DNA from: an uncultured Ignavibacteriaceae bacterium
Lineage (GTDB): Bacteria > Bacteroidota > Ignavibacteria > UBA10030
Assembly (NCBI GenBank): GCA_964602055.1
Contig: CAZRPU010000004.1
Location: 12,902-76,901 of the forward strand
Direction: 5' to 3'
DNA: 64,000 nt
Shown here: in pieces, positions 36,902-45,188 of the stretch
Numbering within the stretch: position 1 is the first letter of the stretch
How the letters are laid out: each line of letters opens with the position of its first letter
Notes under the pieces: generated by a model
Seen by the model: the letters and a program-made list of their open reading frames with translations, nothing else
The model's database searches: none
Told to the model about the DNA's origin: nothing
Position numbers and translations under genes: made by a program

Positions 36902-37788
36902 TTCACTCCTTCCCGCACCACGGAGTCTTCATCGTGAATCATTTGGGTTCCTATCCCCTCGTCGGTAAAAATCTCCAGGAGAAGAGAATGTTTTACCCGG
37001 CCATCGACAATATGAACCTTGCGCACACCCGCATCGAGGGTTGTAAATGCAGATTGAATTTTCGGAATCATCCCCCCGAAAATAACGCCCTGTTCCATCA
37101 TCGTTTCCGCTTCCCGCTTCGTTAAAGTCGAAATTCTGTTTCCGCCTGCAAGAATTCCCTCGACATCGCTCAGGTAGACGAGTTTTTCTGCTTTGAGCGC
37201 CATGGCGACGGCGGCGGCGGCGAGGTCGGCATTAATATTCAGCAGTTCGCTTTCTTCGCCGACGCCCACGGGGGCGATCACCGGCATCATGCCGTTCTGG
37301 AGCAGGAGTTGCAGGAACGTCACATTCACCGACACAACCGATCCCACGCGGCCCAGATCTGTTCCATTGGACGATTGCCGGCGCGCCTTGAGCAGCGAGT
37401 TGTCCACGCCGCAGAGTCCAATGGCATTGCCGCCGTTGGTGTTGATCAGCTTCACGATTTCCTTGTTGATCGATCCCGCCAGAACCATCAGTACAACATC
37501 CATCATACGCTCATCGGTGTAGCGCTGTCCGTTGACAAACTGTGTCTCGATGCCGAGCGCTCCGGCCGTGTTGGTGATGCGCTTCCCCCCGCCATGGACA
37601 ATAACAATGTTGATACCGATCTTCCGAAGGATGGTGACGTCCTTGGCGAACGTTTGCTGAAGCTGGAGCTCTGTCATAGCGGCTCCCCCGTACTTAATGA
37701 CAAACGTCTTTCCCTCGTACGTCTGGATGTACGGGAGCGCTTCGATGAGCACTTCTTCTTTCGTGTTATAATCAATCATTCGTTTCAT
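36898..37788 (-). CDS. argB: Acetylglutamate kinase
   Basis: It has the amino-acid kinase fold motifs VIKYGGAAM and IVHGGG...NADLAAAAVA. Confidence 0.9.
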   Translation of the reverse strand: MKRMIDYNTKEEVLIEALPYIQTYEGKTFVIKYGGAAMTELQLQQTFAKDVTILRKIGINIVIVHGGGKRITNTAGALGIETQFVNGQRYTDERMMDVVLMVLAGSINKEIVKLINTNGGNAIGLCGVDNSLLKARRQSSNGTDLGRVGSVVSVNVTFLQLLLQNGMMPVIAPVGVGEESELLNINADLAAAAVAMALKAEKLVYLSDVEGILAGGNRISTLTKREAETMMEQGVIFGGMIPKIQSAFTTLDAGVRKVHIVDGRVKHSLLLEIFTDEGIGTQMIHDEDSVVREGVK

Positions 37789-39008
37789 CAGGACCTGTAG
37801 CTTGCATTAATATGCACATACTCTTTTGTCAAATCGCATGTCCAGAAACGCACCTGCTGAGAACCTCGGTTCAGGTCGATAACGATCAGTACGTGATCCT
37901 TCGCCAGGACTGCTTTTGCTTTTTCTTCATTGAGCACAATGTGATAGTGCTTGTTGAGGACAGGCACGTCGTCGAATTGAATCTCCACCTGTTCAGGGTC
38001 GAATTCGATTCCCGCATAACCCACAGCTGCCATGATCCGTCCCCAGTTGGCGTCGCAGCCATGAATCGCTGTCTTGACCAGATTGGAGTTTGCAACAGAA
38101 CGGGCGGCGGTTTCTGCTTCTTCTTCAGTGCGCCCGCCCTTGACACAGATTTCTATCAGTTTCGTGGCACCTTCGCCGTCACGGGCTATCATTTTGGCGA
38201 GTTTCACGAGGACGTATTCAAGCGCGGCAGAAAAGAGCTGGAATTCCTCTGAATGCTCTCCGAATGGCTGGTTTTGCGCCTGGCCGTTTGCCAGAAGGAG
38301 AACCATATCGTTCGTGCTCATATCGCCATCAACGGTAATACGGTTGAAAGAGTGCTGGTTCGCCCGGGAAAGCGCCTTTTGGAGCAGCGGAGCAGGACAG
38401 TTGATATCCGTCGTAATGAAGCCAAGCATGGTTGCCATATGGGGCGCGATCATCCCCGATCCTTTTGCCATGCCGCCGATCGTCACCGTGGAAGCCCCCA
38501 GGGTAAACCGCACTGCTGCCTCTTTTTGAAAGGTGTCCGTCGTCATGATGGCTTCAGCCGCGTCCTTCGATCCTTCGACACTCAGCTGCGATGAAAGCTG
38601 CTGGATGCCCGCCGAGAGTTTTTCCATGGGTAGATATTGGCCGATAACGCCCGTGGATGATATCATCACCTGATCTGCAGGAATCTTGAGAGCTGTTGCG
38701 GTCAAACGCACCATTTCCCAGGCATCGTTGAGTCCCCGTTCCCCTGTGCAGGCATTGGCGTTGCCGCTGTTCACGACCACGGCCGAGCACGTTTTTGATT
38801 GTTTGAGGTGGATCTTGTCCACCAGAATCGGCGCGGCCTGGGTTTTGTTCAGCGTAAAAACCCCTGCGACGGTTGCAGGTGTCTGAGAGAAGATCATCCC
38901 CAGGTCCTTCTTCATTTTCCTGATACCGCAATAGAGCCCGCCTGCAAGGAAACCCGTCGGCGCCGTGACTCCGCCCTGGCATTCGCTGACCGGCACGTTG
39001 TGCTTCAT
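37788..39008 (-). CDS. argJ: Bifunctional glutamate N-acetyltransferase / amino-acid acetyltransferase
   Basis: It has the ArgJ autoprocessing region MATMLGFITTD and an N-terminal GVTAPTGFLAGG. A TGATG overlap joins it to argB. Confidence 0.9.
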   Translation of the reverse strand: MKHNVPVSECQGGVTAPTGFLAGGLYCGIRKMKKDLGMIFSQTPATVAGVFTLNKTQAAPILVDKIHLKQSKTCSAVVVNSGNANACTGERGLNDAWEMVRLTATALKIPADQVMISSTGVIGQYLPMEKLSAGIQQLSSQLSVEGSKDAAEAIMTTDTFQKEAAVRFTLGASTVTIGGMAKGSGMIAPHMATMLGFITTDINCPAPLLQKALSRANQHSFNRITVDGDMSTNDMVLLLANGQAQNQPFGEHSEEFQLFSAALEYVLVKLAKMIARDGEGATKLIEICVKGGRTEEEAETAARSVANSNLVKTAIHGCDANWGRIMAAVGYAGIEFDPEQVEIQFDDVPVLNKHYHIVLNEEKAKAVLAKDHVLIVIDLNRGSQQVRFWTCDLTKEYVHINASYRS

Positions 39009-40030
39009 AACAGTCCCTCCGTTTCATTCAGTCCGAAAATCAGATTCATATTCTGTACGGCTTGTCCGGCGGCGCCCTTCAACAGATTGTCAATCACTGA
39101 AAAGAGGATCACCCGGCCGCTCCCGGGTTCCACTCGAAAACCGATGTCGATGAAATTCGTCGCTGCGACATTCTTGATTTCCGGAGGGAGGCCGGAAGAG
39201 ATGCGTACAAACGGCTCATGAGCGAAAGCGCTCCGATAGGCGTCAAGAATGTCTTCCTCGGAGGCACCCTGTGTTGACAGAGCATAGATGGTTGTATAGA
39301 TCCCCCGTGTAATCGGAATAAGGTGGGGAACAAACGTGACGGCAATCGGCCTTCCCACGGCTCCTGTCAGTGCCTGGTTGATCTCAGGAATATGCTGGTG
39401 CGTCCCCGGTTTGTATGCCTTGACGGATTCGTTCACTTCGGTAAACGAGAGTTCGACCGTTCCACTGCGCCCGGCGCCCGATACACCGGACAGAGCGCTG
39501 ACGATAATCCCATCATCGCGGATCAACCCTTTCTTCAGAAGCGGGGCGAGAGGCAGAATGGCACCGGTGGGATAGCAGCCGGGATTGGCAATAAACGAGG
39601 CGCTCCGGATTTCTTCGCGGTGAAGCTCAGGCAATCCGTACACTGCCTTCCCGAGCAGCCCGGAGGCCGTATGCGATCTTCGATAATATTGCTCATAGGT
39701 GACCCGATTGCTTAACCGAAAGTCCCCTCCCAGATCGATGATTCGTTTTCCTTTTTGGAGAAGTTCGGGCACCAGATGCATTGCTTCACCAGAAGGGAGG
39801 GCAACAAAGACGAGATCGCTCGTGCATGCTGCTTCGGGTGAGTACGAGGAGTAACTCAGGCTGGTTCTGGTTTCAAGCCAGGGATAGACTTCTGCGACGC
39901 GTTTTCCTGCGGAAGTATTGGCGAACAGCGATTCGATCTTGACGTGCGGATGGCGGAGCAGCAGGCGGGTCAGTTCAAGGCCCGAATAGCCCGAAGCACC
40001 CACAATGGACACACGATACGGTTTGTTCAA
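39005..40030 (-). CDS. argC: N-acetyl-gamma-glutamyl-phosphate reductase
   Basis: It has VSIVGASGYSGLEL (NAD-binding) and the active-site NPGCYPT. The start is TTG, with GGAGG 11 nt upstream and an in-frame stop 12 codons upstream. Confidence 0.9.
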   Translation of the reverse strand: MNKPYRVSIVGASGYSGLELTRLLLRHPHVKIESLFANTSAGKRVAEVYPWLETRTSLSYSSYSPEAACTSDLVFVALPSGEAMHLVPELLQKGKRIIDLGGDFRLSNRVTYEQYYRRSHTASGLLGKAVYGLPELHREEIRSASFIANPGCYPTGAILPLAPLLKKGLIRDDGIIVSALSGVSGAGRSGTVELSFTEVNESVKAYKPGTHQHIPEINQALTGAVGRPIAVTFVPHLIPITRGIYTTIYALSTQGASEEDILDAYRSAFAHEPFVRISSGLPPEIKNVAATNFIDIGFRVEPGSGRVILFSVIDNLLKGAAGQAVQNMNLIFGLNETEGLL

Positions 40031-40057
40031 CGACCCGGAAGCCTCCTCTGGTTCGGC

Positions 40058-40095
40058 GATGCATAATTATACATTGAACTGGATAAATATGCAAG
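40058..40095 (-). promoter_or_regulatory. argC promoter (TTGCAT-N17-TATAAT) overlapped by two tandem ARG-box-like palindromes (ArgR operator)
   Basis: The minus strand reads TTGCATATTTATCCAGTTCAATGTATAATTATGCA. The cores TGCATATTTATCCA (40080-40093) and TGTATAATTATGCA (40060-40073) each approximate TGAAT-wwww-ATTCA. Their starts are 20 nt apart. One core covers the -35 (40089-40094) and the other the -10 (40066-40071). Confidence 0.6.
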
Positions 40096-40112
40096 AACAA
40101 TTTTACGCCGGC

Positions 40113-40140
40113 AAAAAAAATCCCCGCCCGGGGGCGGGGA
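40113..40140 (-). terminator. Rho-independent terminator of the outer-membrane protein gene
   Basis: On the minus strand, CCCCGCCC-CCGG-GCGGGG forms a stem and is followed by ATTTTTTTT. It lies 26 nt after the stop codon at 40166. Confidence 0.75.
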
Positions 40141-40165
40141 TGGTGCTCGTCCCGGGGGACGGCTT

Positions 40166-40867
40166 TTAGAAGTACACCGCGAGGGTCAAGGTGCCCTGCG
40201 AAGCGACACTGATCGCTGAGTTGCTTCCTTGTTTCGTTGTCGTGGTCGTGCCAGCCCCGTTGTTGAATTCCTGGTCCTTGCGGGAGGTGGAAGCAAAGCC
40301 AATGCGGTATTCACCGGCAAGGCTGAGTTCCTTCCACAGGAAGAATTCAAAACCGGCGAGAGCATACACGGTAAAGGTGGTTCCGCCCTGATACGTCACG
40401 CCGCCAATGGTCTCACCGCCGGCCGAATTGGTGGTCGTGGTCTGCACCAGGGGAGGTGCTCCCGTGACAGTGGGCTTGAATTCGGTGCTGGTCGTGGAAA
40501 ATCCGACGCCACCACCCAAGTACGGACTCACGCGGCCGCTGCCCATATGGAGCTCCACCGCTCCAGAGATGCCGATGCTGGTCGCCGATTGAGTGCCATC
40601 GACTCCGGATTGACCTGCGGGAGGATTTGCAGGATTGGTTGCGCTCGCCGAAGCAAACTGGATCCCACCCCGTACTGCCATTGAAGAGGAGAGATAATAC
40701 TTCGCACCAAACCCGCCATCGAAGTTTCCGGCTCCGATAAACGAAAGACCGTTGAAGGTGAAGAGAAGGGCCTTCGATCCGCCGGTCAAATTCGGCATAA
40801 CCTCCTGGCCCATCGAAAGCGATGTTGCCACGAGGAGAGCCATCACGACGAACAAGACTTTCTTCAT
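40166..40867 (-). CDS. Small outer-membrane beta-barrel protein (OmpA-N / OmpW-like porin family)
   Basis: It has a signal peptide (MKKVLFVVMALLVATSLSMGQ), glycine-rich alternating amphipathic strands and a C-terminal LTLAVYF. AAAGGAG lies 6 nt upstream of the start. Confidence 0.7.
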   Translation of the reverse strand: MKKVLFVVMALLVATSLSMGQEVMPNLTGGSKALLFTFNGLSFIGAGNFDGGFGAKYYLSSSMAVRGGIQFASASATNPANPPAGQSGVDGTQSATSIGISGAVELHMGSGRVSPYLGGGVGFSTTSTEFKPTVTGAPPLVQTTTTNSAGGETIGGVTYQGGTTFTVYALAGFEFFLWKELSLAGEYRIGFASTSRKDQEFNNGAGTTTTTKQGSNSAISVASQGTLTLAVYF

Positions 40868-40924
40868 GGAGAACTCCTTTGAATTGTGAATGGTGGTGCA
40901 CCGTTAACTGCATGGAACACACCA

Positions 40925-40953
40925 AACATAATCGCAACTTTTTGAACCTTCAA
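40925..40953 (-). promoter_or_regulatory. Possible promoter of the OMP gene (TTGAAG-N17-TATGTT on the minus strand)
   Basis: This is a hexamer match only, about 55 nt upstream of the start codon. Confidence 0.3.
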
Positions 40954-41096
40954 GATGCCTTTTTGTTCTGTATCACACTGAGAGCAAAAGAGTGCATTTC
41001 GAATTGTTTTCGATGCTTTTAGCCTCGCAGAAAAGCGGTTTTTTCCGTACATTTTTCTTTTCCCCCAATTTCTTTCACCCCGGAATACTCGATCCC

Positions 41097-42194
41097 ATGG
41101 GATTTACTTGCGGAATTATCGGACTCCCAAACGTCGGAAAATCGACGCTCTTCAATGCCATCACCGCTGCAGGAGCCGAGGCGGCCAATTATCCTTTCTG
41201 TACGATAGACCCTAATGTCGGCGTCGTGACTGTGCCGGATGAGAGGGTCGACCGTCTTGCACGTATCTATTCTCCCCCGAAAATCGTTCCCACAGCCATC
41301 GAGTTTCTTGACATCGCAGGACTCGTCAAAGGGGCAAGCAAGGGAGAGGGGCTTGGGAACCAGTTCCTCTCTCACATACGCAATGCCGATGCCATTGCAC
41401 ATGTCGTTCGTTGCTTCGACGATCCAAATGTGGTTCACGTCGACGGAACGGTTGATCCGCAGCGCGATATTGAGATCATCGAGGCAGAGCTGATCTTCAA
41501 GGATCTTGAAACCGCTGAAAAGAAGCTCGCTGATGCTGAACGCCGGGCAAGAACCGGGGACAAGAAAACGAAGTCTGAATCTGATTTCTACTCCTCTGTT
41601 CGAAATCATCTCCTCTCAGGGCGACTTGCACGGTACTACACTCTCCAATCTGATGAAGAACAGCTCTGGATGAGGGATCTTCATCTCCTGACGCGCAAAC
41701 CGGTGATGTATGTCTGCAATGTGCATGAAGAGGATATTCTTCAGGAGAACGCGTACGTCAGAATCGTTCGAGACATAGCAGCAAAGGAGGGGGCAGTCGT
41801 TGTGGTGATTTCAGCGGCAGTCGAAGCGGAAGTAGCCGAACTCCCCGGGCACGAACAGGCTTCTTTCCTCGAAGGACTTGGTCTGCGGGAGTCAGGGCTC
41901 CATCAGGTAATCCGGCAGGGCTACGACCTCCTGCACCTTCTGACCTTTTTCACGGCAGGCCCGAAAGAGGTCCACGCATGGACCGTCGAGCGAGGGACCC
42001 TTGCTCCCCAGGCCGCAGGAGTAATCCATTCCGATTTTGAACGAGGATTTATCCGCGCCGAGATCATGAAATTCGCCGATCTGGACAGATTGGGGTCGGA
42101 GCTTGCCGTCCGCGAAAATGGGCTGCTCCACCTGGAAGGTCGCGAGTACGCTGTCGAAGACGGAGATGTCATCTTCTTCAGGTTCAATGTGTAG
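41097..42194 (+). CDS. ychF: Redox-regulated ribosome-binding ATPase YchF
   Basis: The start was chosen at the ATG at 41097. It has the GIIGLPNVGKSTLFNAIT P-loop, DIAGLVKGAS, and a C-terminal TGS/YchF domain (AGVIHSDFERGFIRAE). Confidence 0.95.
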   Translation: MGFTCGIIGLPNVGKSTLFNAITAAGAEAANYPFCTIDPNVGVVTVPDERVDRLARIYSPPKIVPTAIEFLDIAGLVKGASKGEGLGNQFLSHIRNADAIAHVVRCFDDPNVVHVDGTVDPQRDIEIIEAELIFKDLETAEKKLADAERRARTGDKKTKSESDFYSSVRNHLLSGRLARYYTLQSDEEQLWMRDLHLLTRKPVMYVCNVHEEDILQENAYVRIVRDIAAKEGAVVVVISAAVEAEVAELPGHEQASFLEGLGLRESGLHQVIRQGYDLLHLLTFFTAGPKEVHAWTVERGTLAPQAAGVIHSDFERGFIRAEIMKFADLDRLGSELAVRENGLLHLEGREYAVEDGDVIFFRFNV

Positions 42195-42257
42195 TTCCTG
42201 CCACCCTTGGGTGGTGTGGTGCAGTTCCCCCCGTTCTACTCCTTTTGATACCCGATA

Positions 42258-43745
42258 TCAGAGCTTGGGCGGTTTCCCCAGAACCTCTTCAATGGTCATG
42301 TTCTGAATCTTTCCGAGCTTCAGCTTCTCTATGCCCTTCCCAATAACGCTCTTGTCCCCCACAATGACGATGGCCATCTTTTCGGGATCAATATATTTCC
42401 TTGCCACCTGCAGAACATCATCTTTGGTAACGCGCAGCACCTTATCAACATACGTATTGAAATAGTTTCCCGGCAGATTATAGGTAACGAGTTCTCCTAA
42501 CATTCCCGCGATTTGTGAAACTGATTCGAAATTGTCGGGATATCCAAGGGCAAGGTAATTTTTTGCACGATGGAGCTCATCGTCCGGGACCGCCTGGAGA
42601 ATGCCGTTGAGTTCTTTCATGAACTCCGTCAGAGCTTTATCCGTAACATCGGTTTGTACGGCGGAAGATGCCAGAAAAGGACCCGGAAGCGGGCGCATGT
42701 CGAAGTTCGAACCGGCACCGTAGGAATAGCCGTGCTTCTCGCGAAGGTTCTGATTCAATCTCGAGGTAAACGATCCACCCAGGATAGTATTCATAACCAC
42801 AAGGGGAAAGTAGTCCTCCGTCATCCTTGCAGCCCCGATCCTGCCGATGCGAATTTCCGATTGAGCAGCACCCGGTTTGTCGACCAGATAAATCACCCTG
42901 CTCTCGATTTGTTCGGTGTTCGGCCAGTTGACTGTCGCGGTCGTTCCACCGGTCCACGATCCGAAAGCCTTTTCGAGAGTTTTTTCCACCGCCAACCGGC
43001 TGACATCACCCACGACAATCAGCGTTGCGTTATTGGGGTGATAGTATGTTTTGTGAAATCGTCCCAGGTCCTGGACGCGAAATGCCCGAAGAGACTTTTC
43101 ATTCCCCATAGCCGGGACGCCGTAGGGATGACGAGACCCGTAGAGCACCTGATTGAATTCAACGGAAGCGATCACGCCCGGCTGATCATGCCACTGCGCC
43201 AGGGAGGTCAGACGTTCTTTCCTCAAGCGTTCCAGCTCTTCCTTCGGAAAGGTGGGCCTCATTGCAATATCGGCCATAAGGCCGAGAGCTTCCTCCAGTT
43301 TTGAAACAGGTGTGTGGAGAGCAATGGCGCTCGTGTGTTGGCCCGAGAAGGAAGAGATTCTCGCTCCGAGATAATCGATTGCGTCGGCAAGCTCCAGGGC
43401 CGAACGCGTGCCCGCCCCTTCATCCATCATTGCAGCGGTAAGGCTTGCCAATCCGGTCTGGCCCGACGGATCCATGGCGCTGCCGGTATTGACAAGCAGA
43501 TTGACCTGAACAACCGGCACGCTGTGTTTTTCCATGAGGACAACGGGAAGCCCGTTGGAGAGCTTGAACCGCTGGATCTCCGGAAGCCTGAGCGAAGCGG
43601 GTGCGCCGAGCTCAGGCGGTTTCGTGCGGTCAGGTTTTTGAGCCGGGGCAGTGCTCGTGGCGGCAATCAGCACCGCCAGAACGGCAGCCTGCCACCGTAG
43701 CATGGGAACGGAGTTCCTTGAATCGATGCGCAGTGTTCTTTTCAT
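42258..43745 (-). CDS. M16-family peptidase, non-catalytic-type subunit (no HxxEH)
   Basis: It has a signal peptide. The M16 fold shows GLASLTAAMMDEGAG where HxxEH would lie. A 4-nt overlap joins it to the upstream M16 gene. Confidence 0.75.
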   Translation of the reverse strand: MKRTLRIDSRNSVPMLRWQAAVLAVLIAATSTAPAQKPDRTKPPELGAPASLRLPEIQRFKLSNGLPVVLMEKHSVPVVQVNLLVNTGSAMDPSGQTGLASLTAAMMDEGAGTRSALELADAIDYLGARISSFSGQHTSAIALHTPVSKLEEALGLMADIAMRPTFPKEELERLRKERLTSLAQWHDQPGVIASVEFNQVLYGSRHPYGVPAMGNEKSLRAFRVQDLGRFHKTYYHPNNATLIVVGDVSRLAVEKTLEKAFGSWTGGTTATVNWPNTEQIESRVIYLVDKPGAAQSEIRIGRIGAARMTEDYFPLVVMNTILGGSFTSRLNQNLREKHGYSYGAGSNFDMRPLPGPFLASSAVQTDVTDKALTEFMKELNGILQAVPDDELHRAKNYLALGYPDNFESVSQIAGMLGELVTYNLPGNYFNTYVDKVLRVTKDDVLQVARKYIDPEKMAIVIVGDKSVIGKGIEKLKLGKIQNMTIEEVLGKPPKL

Positions 43746-45103
43746 GGCTGGACCTCCTTACTGCGTTCCGCGGCAAGTTCCTTTTTCCCTTGTGGCACAA
43801 CACTCAGAACCACGCGGGCGCCCGACCGAAGATACGTCCTGGCCATTGCCCGAATGTCGCCCGGGCCGAGAGCCTTGTAGCGGGCAAGGTCTTCATGAAA
43901 ATAGTCCGGGTTTCCTGTTCGCGTATAATAGTTATTCAGCTGATCCGCCTTTCCCCCCGATGTCTCGAGGCCGTCCAGAAAACCGGCTTCGTACTGGTTG
44001 ACTGCTCTCGCGACTTCCCGCTCCGTTGGTCCTTCGGCTTTCATCCGTTCGATTTCCTCTTCGATCACCGATTCGAGCTCTGCAAGGGTATGGCCTGCCC
44101 GGGCTGTGGCGATGATCCAGAAAGAAGAAGAAAAATCTGCCGACAACTGGAATGCCGAAACATCCTGCGCGATTTGAAGATCATACACCAACCGTTTGTA
44201 CAATCTCGAGTTTTTCCCGCCGGCCAGAACGTTTGCCAGAATATCCATTTCTGCATCACCCGGCGCAAAGAGAGCCGGTGTCAGCCACGCAACATGGAGG
44301 CGCGGCAGCTGAACACGATCTTCAAATACCAGACGTTTTTCCTCGTTGAGAGCTGCTGCGGGCGGATCAACCGGTGCGACGGGGGCTCCCGCAGGAATTT
44401 CACCGAACCAGCGTTCAACCATTCTGATCGCTTCGCGTGTATCAATATCTCCCGCGATGACAACACTCATGTTATTCGGCACATAGTATGTCTTGAAAAA
44501 ATGCACGACATCCTCATAACTTGCAGCCGAGAGGTCTTCCATAGAGCCGATGGTAGGCCACGAGTATGGGTGATCAGGAGGGTAAAGATTCTTCGCCATG
44601 AGAATCCAGACCATGCCGTACGGTTGATTCTCGTACCTCTGCCGGCGCTCATTTTTTACCACATCGCGCTGACCGTCGACTTTTGCAGGAGACATGGCGT
44701 CGAGAAGGTAGCCGAGCCTGTCCGATTCGAGGAACAGTGCAAGCTCAAGAGCATTGCTCGGAAGGTCCTCGTAGTAGTTTGTCCGATCCGTATTGGTCGA
44801 ACCGTTGTTGTTTCCCCCGGCTGCCTCGAGCCACTCGTCGAATTTTCCCTCGGGGACGTTGCCCGATCCTTCAAACATGATATGTTCGAACAAATGCGCA
44901 AAACCCGTCCTGCCGGGAAGCTCACGGCCCGAACCGACGTGGTACCACAGGTTCACCGATACCCTTGGGATCGAATGATCCTCGTGAATGATGGCCGTCA
45001 GCCCATTGGGCAAGACGACGGAGGTGTACGGTACGCTGAGGGCCTCGTGCTGGGCGGTGAGCGGAGCCCAGAGGGAAAACAAGAGAAGCAGCAATCGTTT
45101 CAT
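43742..45103 (-). CDS. M16-family zinc peptidase (pitrilysin/insulinase-like), catalytic subunit
   Basis: The start was chosen at the ATG at 45103, giving the signal peptide MKRLLLLLFSLWAPLTAQ. It has the inverted zinc motif GFAHLFEHIMFEGS (HxxEH). Confidence 0.85.
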   Translation of the reverse strand: MKRLLLLLFSLWAPLTAQHEALSVPYTSVVLPNGLTAIIHEDHSIPRVSVNLWYHVGSGRELPGRTGFAHLFEHIMFEGSGNVPEGKFDEWLEAAGGNNNGSTNTDRTNYYEDLPSNALELALFLESDRLGYLLDAMSPAKVDGQRDVVKNERRQRYENQPYGMVWILMAKNLYPPDHPYSWPTIGSMEDLSAASYEDVVHFFKTYYVPNNMSVVIAGDIDTREAIRMVERWFGEIPAGAPVAPVDPPAAALNEEKRLVFEDRVQLPRLHVAWLTPALFAPGDAEMDILANVLAGGKNSRLYKRLVYDLQIAQDVSAFQLSADFSSSFWIIATARAGHTLAELESVIEEEIERMKAEGPTEREVARAVNQYEAGFLDGLETSGGKADQLNNYYTRTGNPDYFHEDLARYKALGPGDIRAMARTYLRSGARVVLSVVPQGKKELAAERSKEVQP

Positions 45104-45188
45104 GACCCGTTTCCTTTGTGGATGATTCATGGTTCTACGCAATCACGTTTATCCTGTTTCGCCGCGCCCGGCAAGACAACCAAACGCG

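Noticed and set aside
42201-42220. The hairpin CCACCC-TT-GGGTGG between the convergent ychF and M16 genes, considered as a bidirectional terminator.
   Set aside because: The loop is too tight and there is no U-tract on either strand, so the evidence is weak.
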